A DNA stretch of 41,236 nt from contig JAUCBJ010004264.1 in assembly GCA_032718475.1 (NCBI GenBank), positions 1 to 41,236 on the forward strand, read 5' to 3'. A model generated the notes under the pieces. The model had not been told where the DNA came from. It did no database searches and saw only the letters and a list, made by a program, of their open reading frames with translations. Below, one piece after another: positions 33,628-41,236 of this stretch. The position numbers were made by a program, and so were the translations under genes. Each line of letters opens with the position of its first letter. Position 1 is the first letter of the stretch. The DNA comes from Nemertoderma westbladi. Its lineage: Eukaryota > Animalia > Xenacoelomorpha.

Positions 33628-36573
33628 GGGGGGAGGATACCCCAGACTAATAAATATTTGCCATTCTAGAGTATATAAGCTGTCATTTTAGAACCATATG
33701 TCCGATTAATTTACTTTTTTCACCATATTGTAGCCAAAAGGTGTATAAATCTCGGAAAAAAATTTTGAAACGAAAAAAAATATTTTTTTCATATTTTTTT
33801 CCATTTTTGCACTTTTTTTCACCCAAAATAATGCGAATTTTTATAAATGCATCTACTTTTTTGTTTTTCAATATTTTCAAACAATTTTTTTTTTATTTTG
33901 ATCAATATCGGGTGGACAATAATCTGAGCAGACAAAATTTTGATATTGTTAGTGGTTATCAATTTATGTCATCATTAGTAATAATTACCAGATATTTTCA
34001 ATATATTTCAAAATTTTGACACAAAAAATCGAAAAAAAAATTTTATATATGTTTTTACAAAATTTTGTCTGTTCAGATTTTACAGTTATGCAAGGGCTAC
34101 AATATAGTGAAAACAGAATCAAAATCGGCTGAGCAGTTCAAAAGTAGATAGACAAAATGTGCAAAATTATTTCATTTTGAGAAAAATGCATTTGAAAGTG
34201 AAACATACTTAAATAGGGCCTACAGTATATTATATACTGTATAAGTTACAAAAAATTTATTCTGGTGTATATTTCATGTGTTATATTATTTACTATTAAT
34301 TAGGACATGACGAATCTAACTGAACAAGTTTCAACAGTCTGTTATAAAGCAAATATAGATTTATGGGGACTTCGTAGTAACAAACTGAAATAAATTTCTA
34401 AAACCCTCCAGGTTTGTAAGCGGAATCGTTGTTTTCCGGGCAGAATTTCTTTGATTTGCGTTTGAGGAGGCTTCGTGAAGTTCTCTTGCGGTCTCTCACC
34501 TTGCACCCTGTCGCCATCTTCACCCCAGGCCCCAGGCCCAACTTCATATACAGTATCTGAGCTGCAGATGAACCCCTGTTGTGCACAAGTGCAGTATAAT
34601 ATGCATGGAATTCCAATGTTGTTCTTCCCTGGAACTTATCCTTCCCACATTTGTTCCAAAGTCGACCATGAATAGATTCGTTTTGGTTCTGTGTGAGACC
34701 AGGAAGGCAACGCATCAATAGATTCCGATCTGTAAGTCTATTGTATACGGGCATAATGTGGGCATGCCACTCCGGCTTGATGAAGGATTTGTCCTTGTAG
34801 GTTGGGTCTTTCTGGATCGCTTTGCACCACCGCATTGGACAATCCTCATGTTTTCTTTCCCGCTGAGATTCTGGGTAATTCGTGTAATGAAATACAGTAG
34901 CTTTCACCTCGCGTATTATGGTGTCAATGAGGTTCTCCAGTTCGTCTGGGTCTATTGTTCGGTAGTCTACAGAAGAGACATGGTGAACAACAGTGTTCCG
35001 GTAATAACTGGCTAGTTGTCTGATCCGTGGCTGAGAGAGCCCATTGACACCACCGATCCTTTTTTCTTTACGGACTGATTCAAGGCCATTGGTTACTCGT
35101 TTAGCGATATGGTTAATACACTCATATTTCTTTACTGGGTGCTCGATGCCATATGGAGGGTTCTCTCGGAGCTCTTTGAAAACAGAACTGTCTCCATCGC
35201 TTAGCAGCTCTGTATATCGCAACCTGTTCCTTTCAATGGATCTTGCCCAAAGTTGCTTCGCAGCAAAAGTTTCCATGGCATTGCTACTGCCATGGAAATT
35301 TATGTCACAATTATGTTGCGGTACGTGTATAGTACAAAGTTTAGAATAATAGCGGCAAATATAACATGATTTGCTGACAACAAAAATATCTAGAACTGCG
35401 CCGGTATCAGCAGACATCACATAGGCCACACAGTAAAGGGACATATGCCCACGTTTCTGCCAAGTGGCATCAAAAGTAACAGATACATTATATATTGACT
35501 CACTATTACCAGAGATAGGGTTACCTGTATCTGCCCCATGCTTATTACGCAGCTTCTGAGCTTCATTGTAACAATTACCAATCGCCAGGTTTCTAACAGC
35601 ATCAGTTATTCGCCTAAGAGTAACTCTCCAGCGACTATGATTGACAGGATTTGGCATTTCCATCGCCTCCGAAAATCTTCGAGCAGTGGATGTGTTCCCC
35701 CAATCATAAGAAACGCTAATATAGTTAGTACGAGTGTTTATACGGCGCTTTGACTCATTAGGATGATTGCTTATATCATTGACTACATTTTCGAATTTGT
35801 AAATATATTCACATGTCTCACATTCAAGAAATATATTGAAATAATATCCGTTTTGGAGATTTGGAGTAAACTTCAGAACACCGCCGCAGTGATGTCGATG
35901 AATGTCGGACATACAATCCTTCATGGTTGAATATTCGACAAACTGGAATCCTTCACTTCCAATCAGAGGACCCGTAAATGCATCCCCAGTCACTCCAAGA
36001 CGATCAGTCGTGTGGGAACTCTGATTCGCTTCGGGAATCAGATCTGACTCCTCAACTGGTAGATTAACATTTACGATTTCCTGTTTTCTAGTCCCTGCAA
36101 AAGTTTTCTTTGGCATTCTTGTTGACAATATTACGCTATTTATATTGCAAAAATATATACAAATAAAGGTAGAAGTGGATAGGTTACATTACAGTTTACC
36201 GTGTAGGTAACCGTTTACATGAATTACAGCAGTACAAGTTAATCAAACGGGTTTAACTAGGCCTACTATAAATATACACTGTAAACCTATAAATATTAAT
36301 TTCAAATTTCCCTCCAAAATGTTAAATTGATTGGAGATCGCAATACTGTATTTCTTTGAGTGCAGCATTGAATTTATTTGTCCAAAACGGAAAAAATGTC
36401 GATTTTTTGATAATTTTCGTAACTGACAGCACATTTTTGAACTTCTGTAATTCAAAAACTAGAAGAGATATTAAAATACCGATTTCAAATTTGAAATCGC
36501 CGTTAATTTCTGTACAAAAAAACGCAATAATGTTATTTTTGATAAAAAAAAATATTTGGGGTGTACTCCCCCC
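33628..36573 (-). mobile_element. Kolobok-type DNA transposon (2946 bp), apparently intact
   Basis: TTAA on both sides (33624-33627 and 36574-36577), 17-bp TIRs GGGGGGAG(G/T)A(T/C)ACCCCA with 2 mismatches, and one transposase ORF. Confidence 0.85.
34398..36128 (-). CDS. Kolobok-type DDE transposase (often labelled Mutator-like); first ATG at 36116
   Basis: VTFDATWQKRGHMS, CYIC, HGSSNAME, LLSDGDS, ECINHIAKR, HEDCP..WC, TQNQNES and terminal YKPGGF; no stops. Confidence 0.88.
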   Translation of the reverse strand: MSTRMPKKTFAGTRKQEIVNVNLPVEESDLIPEANQSSHTTDRLGVTGDAFTGPLIGSEGFQFVEYSTMKDCMSDIHRHHCGGVLKFTPNLQNGYYFNIFLECETCEYIYKFENVVNDISNHPNESKRRINTRTNYISVSYDWGNTSTARRFSEAMEMPNPVNHSRWRVTLRRITDAVRNLAIGNCYNEAQKLRNKHGADTGNPISGNSESIYNVSVTFDATWQKRGHMSLYCVAYVMSADTGAVLDIFVVSKSCYICRYYSKLCTIHVPQHNCDINFHGSSNAMETFAAKQLWARSIERNRLRYTELLSDGDSSVFKELRENPPYGIEHPVKKYECINHIAKRVTNGLESVRKEKRIGGVNGLSQPRIRQLASYYRNTVVHHVSSVDYRTIDPDELENLIDTIIREVKATVFHYTNYPESQRERKHEDCPMRWCKAIQKDPTYKDKSFIKPEWHAHIMPVYNRLTDRNLLMRCLPGLTQNQNESIHGRLWNKCGKDKFQGRTTLEFHAYYTALVHNRGSSAAQILYMKLGLGPGVKMATGCKVRDRKRTSRSLLKRKSKKFCPENNDSAYKPGGF

Positions 36574-36671
36574 TTAATAGGGTGGTTCATATTTCAAAAA
36601 TTTTTGAATTTCAGCTGGGTTCATGTTCTAATTTGTTCCAAATTACATAAAAACACGGAGAGTTCGGAGAG

Positions 36672-37729
36672 ATGCCGCCCATCGGGAGAATCGGCCACTC
36701 AGACACGGACTGGGTTGGCGGGAGAGTGGTGACGGCCAGCGGGGCGAGGGCCTTCTGGGATAGACCCGGCAAGCGGGCCTGGTTGCATGAGGAGCCGGCG
36801 ATGGATTTCGCGGGGAGCACCATCAGGTTGGGCGAGCAACCGGGAACGGCACCACGGGTAGTATTCGGAGAGACGATGCCCAGGCGAGACGAGGAGATAG
36901 ACATGGACAGGGATGCTAACGTCCAGAAGTTCGCTTACCAGCGACTCCATAGACAGAGGAGATCGCTTGGGACAAAAGACGATGTGGGGCGAGAGCACTG
37001 GTACTCGGCTGCGATTACTGCGGGAGGCAAACTCACCAGGGAAGGAGCTGCTTGTACCGATTCCAAAGGGGGACGAGCTGCCTCTACTGCCGCGAGTCGA
37101 GTCATAGGATGGGGGCGTGTCCATGGTTGCACAACCGGTGTTCTAAGTGCAACTTCCGGGGGCACTACGGATGCCAGTGCGACTGGATGGACGACGAGGA
37201 GAAGTTTAAGATCTTCGAGGAGTGGGCCGATGTCGGCGCCATGACGCAGCAGCGGATGAAGGCCCAGGAATTCCGGTGGGGCTTCTTTAATATTAACCAG
37301 GAGGCCCACCTGGAAATCATCAAACGGAGACTTCCGTTTACGTATCAGGAAGTGTCAATGGCGGCGTTGTATGCCGGGGTGATAAATACACAGAGGTATT
37401 TAGACAGGTGGACGCCAGAGAACCGGGGAGAGTTTAGAGATTTCTTGGCGCAGCATGTGCCGTGGGCTATGAAGGTGATCCTATGGGACGCCACTAGGGG
37501 GAAGCAACAGGGCCATTCGGAGAGGCCACCCGCAAAGCGATACTGGGAGCTAATAACACCAGTGCCCAAGGAGTCGACGACGGGAATCAGTAGGGAAGTG
37601 ACGGCAAGGATCAGGAACCTTAAAGGGGACAAGAACAAGGGAGCGGCGACGACCAGGAAGCGACCGAGAGAGGAGGACGACAGAGGGAAGGAATTGAGAT
37701 GGTTCCCAAAGTCAGGAGGAGCGAACTAG
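36672..37729 (+). pseudogene. GC-rich ORF with three CCHC zinc knuckles (Gag/nucleocapsid-like); probable frameshift near 36950
   Basis: The frame starting at 36953 reads CDYCGRQTHQGRSC, CLYCRESSHRMGAC and CSKCNFRGHYGCQC, then a basic C-terminus with a stop at 37729. Confidence 0.6.
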
Positions 37730-37734
37730 AACTT

Positions 37735-37745
37735 GGAAGGGGAGA
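37735..37745 (+). promoter_or_regulatory. Probable polypurine tract
   Basis: GGAAGGGGAGA is followed directly by TGTGGGG. Confidence 0.6.
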
Positions 37746-39069
37746 TGTGGGGATGCCTGGAAGGCACCACATGTGAAGTAATACGAACTCCTAAGTGCAA
37801 ATTTAATTAAAAGTGCAATTAGTATGTACGTATATAATAATCATTAGAATAGAATATAATCATATAACCAATATAACCAAAGTAAGTACTATAGTCATGT
37901 AACCTTTTTTCCAATTAGCTACTGGGACTGGGGGCCAATTGACTATGACAGGAGGACGGGAGACTAGACGTAGCACTACACACTTGACGCTTCTTAGGTG
38001 CGACGGCACGGAAGGGGAGGGTGAGGCTCGTCGGGAGTGAATGTTGACAAGTGTTGAGGCGCGTGGAGAGAATGCGAGTGCAATTCAAGTGTGGGGGGGG
38101 GGGGAGGAGTAAGAGACAGAGTGAGGGACAGGGGGTCCGAAAGTTAGAGTGAAAGTAGAAGAGAAATAGAGGAGAATCAGGGTAAGAGTGGAGAAGTTAG
38201 AGTCAGTCAGAGTGAAGTTAGAGTGGAGAGAGTAGTGGGGAGATAAAATTGTGTGAGAGAAATCCACAATTGTCTCGAACCGAGACGCCAGATGTCTTGG
38301 TGCAACATAGGTTGGAGTTGCACCAAGAGAGGGTAGTAACATCATACCCAGAGGGAGCGGCCTGGAAAGCCGACTACAAGTAAGAGAACTCCACCCCACA
38401 CCCGATAGTAGATCGGGTTCCAGCGGAATTGAAGCGCACTCATTGGTGATGCTATCTTCTCACCGGGAAGATAGCATGGGGGGGAGTGTGAGCGGATTCA
38501 ATTCCACTCACCACCCCATAAAGTTGGGATGGACGCCCCTTTTAGCAATATTGGGAATACGAGGTTAATCACAACCAACCTCGTATCACACAACCAATAG
38601 CGGGGACAACAAACCCCAAAGGGCCACACAAAGGGAGGTCAGAGGTTAAACCTCCTGGAGAGGGAAAGTAACAGCAGCGGGGGGGAAGCACTCCCACAGA
38701 GGTGCGAGCCGAGAATTAGCGCACTAGCCAATCAGGGACAGGGAAGAGAGCATCCGCTAGGTACTAAGGCCACAGTAGTGTAAGAGTGAATATATTATCA
38801 ATCAATTTGCATTACCATTCAGTTATCTCAGTCACGTAGGGCAGATCGGTGACACTTTTGTACCATCACCGCCGTCACCTGTAACATCACCGTATCTACC
38901 GGTACATCATTCATTACTTGTTAACCAATATCTCAACTGTGCTGTCACGTATATTATATTATCATCAGTCTATATCAAGATCAGAATAACAACAACAAAC
39001 TATCTTTTCTCAATCGTGCGGTGACGCGTAACACAAATTAACCGGTCGGGATCCTCTGATCCCGTCACA
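37746..39069 (+). repeat. Probable 3' LTR of a 5'-truncated (Gypsy-like) LTR element; right end uncertain
   Basis: Starts with TG after the PPT. Candidate CA ends are 38400 (CCCCACA) or 39069 (CCCGTCACA). No partner LTR is present in the window. Confidence 0.45.
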
Positions 39070-40271
39070 CAGAACCTATCTACAGCCTAATGCTAGTTCG
39101 CTTTCATTGTATTAAAACGATGCCTATTCCAGTATTCGTCTGTACTTGTATACTGTCAGACTGTACAGTTGTATATTGTATTGTGAATTGGAAATTAAAG
39201 TGATAGGGATAGCTATCGGATAGCGAATTGCTTTGGAAATTTTTTAGAACGGGCCGTCTCCCAGTATTGAATTGAATAAACAATTAAAATGAATTAATAT
39301 CTGTGCAGTATAACTTTATTATTTTTGTGCATCATGTTAAGGATGGTAGGGAAATCCCATCCTAGTCTTTATAGTTTTCCGGTTTTTCGTAATTACGATC
39401 TAATTACTCTCTTCATCTCAATTCGCTGCAAATTTTGATTGCGTTTTTGCCCTGTGCAGTAATGTGCTCTGTGCTAAATTGAAAAGCATGTATATGATGT
39501 AGGCCTGTACTACAGTAATAGTATCTCTTTATCTAGTCATTTTTTTGTACTGTAGAGTACTGCAGGAGTTACTGCAGTTAATACAGTTAAAAAACGAATT
39601 GTTTCAAAATGGCGGAGTGTTTGGCGTCAAAATATATAATATTAACATGGAATCATGTAGGCCCCTATTAGTTGCGGTAAGCATTAGAAAAATAAAAGAT
39701 CATTGAATACCCATAATAGTAAATACAATTCAGGTAATGTAAAGGACAAGGTGCATACCCATACGTCTAATGGAGGAGAAAATGTAGAGCTCAAAAATAA
39801 ATAATATGACAGGGTTTGAAAATTGGAAACATCAATAACTATAGCAATAAACATATCAATAAATAATAGTTTAATCGGTTATATGTAATATTCTTAACTC
39901 AAAACTTAAATACTAGCGGTAAATTTGTTAACGCCATCTTGCGGCCGATGCTGATGTTTTGAGTCTCTGTACCTATTAATTAATTGAGAACCATCCATAG
40001 GTTATTCAAAATCGATGAAGTGGTTCAAAATTATTAAGGCTAGACGAAGTGATATTTAGCGCTTTCTAGAGGGAGGCGGACCATTTAAATGCACAACGCC
40101 AAAATTTTGAAAACTTTCTAAACTTTTGACATACTACTTGTGTACCACGATTGGTATAATTTTATCACAAAGATTCGCTGAGTTACTGTATTAGCATTCA
40201 AAGATTTGGCGGGGGAACGACCGACCAAACCGCCTGGCAGACAGACAGATAGACACTAAGTACATGACTGT

Positions 40272-40397
40272 GCGGGAAGTGAACAGGGGGGAAGTGACTG
40301 GGGGGAAGTGACCGGGAGGGAAAGTGACCGTGAAGTGACTGGGGGGAAGTGAACGCGTTGAGGGCGCCATATATCTTGGGGGGAAGTGACCGGGGGG
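40272..40397. repeat. Cluster of GGGGGAAGTGAC motifs, probable MITE subterminal remnant
   Basis: About seven (G)AAGTGA(C/A) motifs, most preceded by G runs. Confidence 0.55.
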
Positions 40398-40796
40398 TGG
40401 GTGAAAGCGAGGTAAATCTACTGCAGCAGTTATTGTGTGTGTATCAACAGTGTGTGCCCACAATTGTGTTGGGAATTTACATGTGTTATCCTTATTATTT
40501 GCGATTCATTAGTAAAATAGATTACATTATCTTTGGAAAGGACATTCCCTCTACTAAAGTTTAAATAATTTGTGATTGTAACATGTGGTATCGCAATTAG
40601 TAGATACGGCAATTTCAATTTGTAATATTAAATACCGGCAATTAAATTGACAATTGTGGCGATATGTTTGCCTACAATAAAGTATATCTAGCTTAGTCCA
40701 GTTCTTACTTTAGAGACATGCAATTTGCAATTTTTCACATTTCTATTTTTAATAGTTATTATTCTAAAATTGTAAAATTACTCAACGCTGTTAGTA

Positions 40797-40884
40797 TTAA
40801 CCCTATAAGTACCGGGCTATAAAATGTTGTACAAATACCGGTAATAAATTTGTAGATTTTAGAGGGGGAAGGGGGGTCATATTG

Positions 40885-40917
<33 letters not shown>

Positions 40918-41236
40918 TAAAATCTACAAATTTTTACGAAAGCGTATGATTTTTTTGTTTGTACGTAGGTATCACCAGTCTGGATCTGACCGAAAAAAAA
41001 AATTTCGAAAAAATGTACTGGGGTGGTTATATTGCAGCACCAAAATTACAAATAGTGCACAATTTTCACAAAATGTGAAAGTTAAATTTTTCGGCTAATT
41101 GTTTTTCAATACAGGTTTTCTGGGGCGCAAAATACATTGGAAAATATTTAAAAATAATATGACTACTATAAATGGCTGTTTAGTCCTCTCTGCGTAGGAA
41201 AAAAATGAAAAAAACAAGTAACCAGAACTTTTCAGT
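40797..41236 (+). mobile_element. TTAA-CCCT element, copy 2, running off the window edge
   Basis: Colinear with and highly similar to 28182-28575. Confidence 0.7.

Noticed and set aside
28182-41236. The two ~400-bp direct repeats as LTRs or ends of one giant element
   Set aside because: There are no TG..CA ends, PBS or PPT. Both begin TTAA-CCCT and fit two independent same-orientation copies.

Overview
This is an AT-rich eukaryotic window, most likely from an invertebrate animal, with no recognisable host gene; almost all of it is stacked and nested mobile DNA. From left to right: (1) a decayed ORF. (2) A ~1.7 kb GC-richer, frameshifted endogenous copy of a dsRNA toti-like (Ghabrivirales) viral RdRp. 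(3) An intact, very young BEL/Pao LTR retrotransposon (3385-10419; apparently identical 478-bp LTRs, ACTTC TSD, tRNA-Lys-like PBS) inserted into a PHD-finger remnant. (4) Several LINE fragments and MITEs. (5) An IS3EU-type DNA transposon (16789-21887; 102-bp perfect TIRs, CCTACT TSD) carrying a HECT E3-ligase ORF and an internally deleted transposase. (6) A non-autonomous TIR element inserted in a TA microsatellite. (7) A complete type III hammerhead ribozyme motif (26385-26438, minus strand) in what looks like the 3' UTR of a CR1/L2-like LINE. (8) A decayed EnSpm/CACTA-type element with a BEN-like ORF, interrupted by an intact Kolobok-type transposon (33628-36573, TTAA TSD). (9) The 3' part of a probable LTR element with a triple zinc-knuckle ORF right before the polypurine tract. 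All family assignments come from reading motifs by eye; no database search was run.
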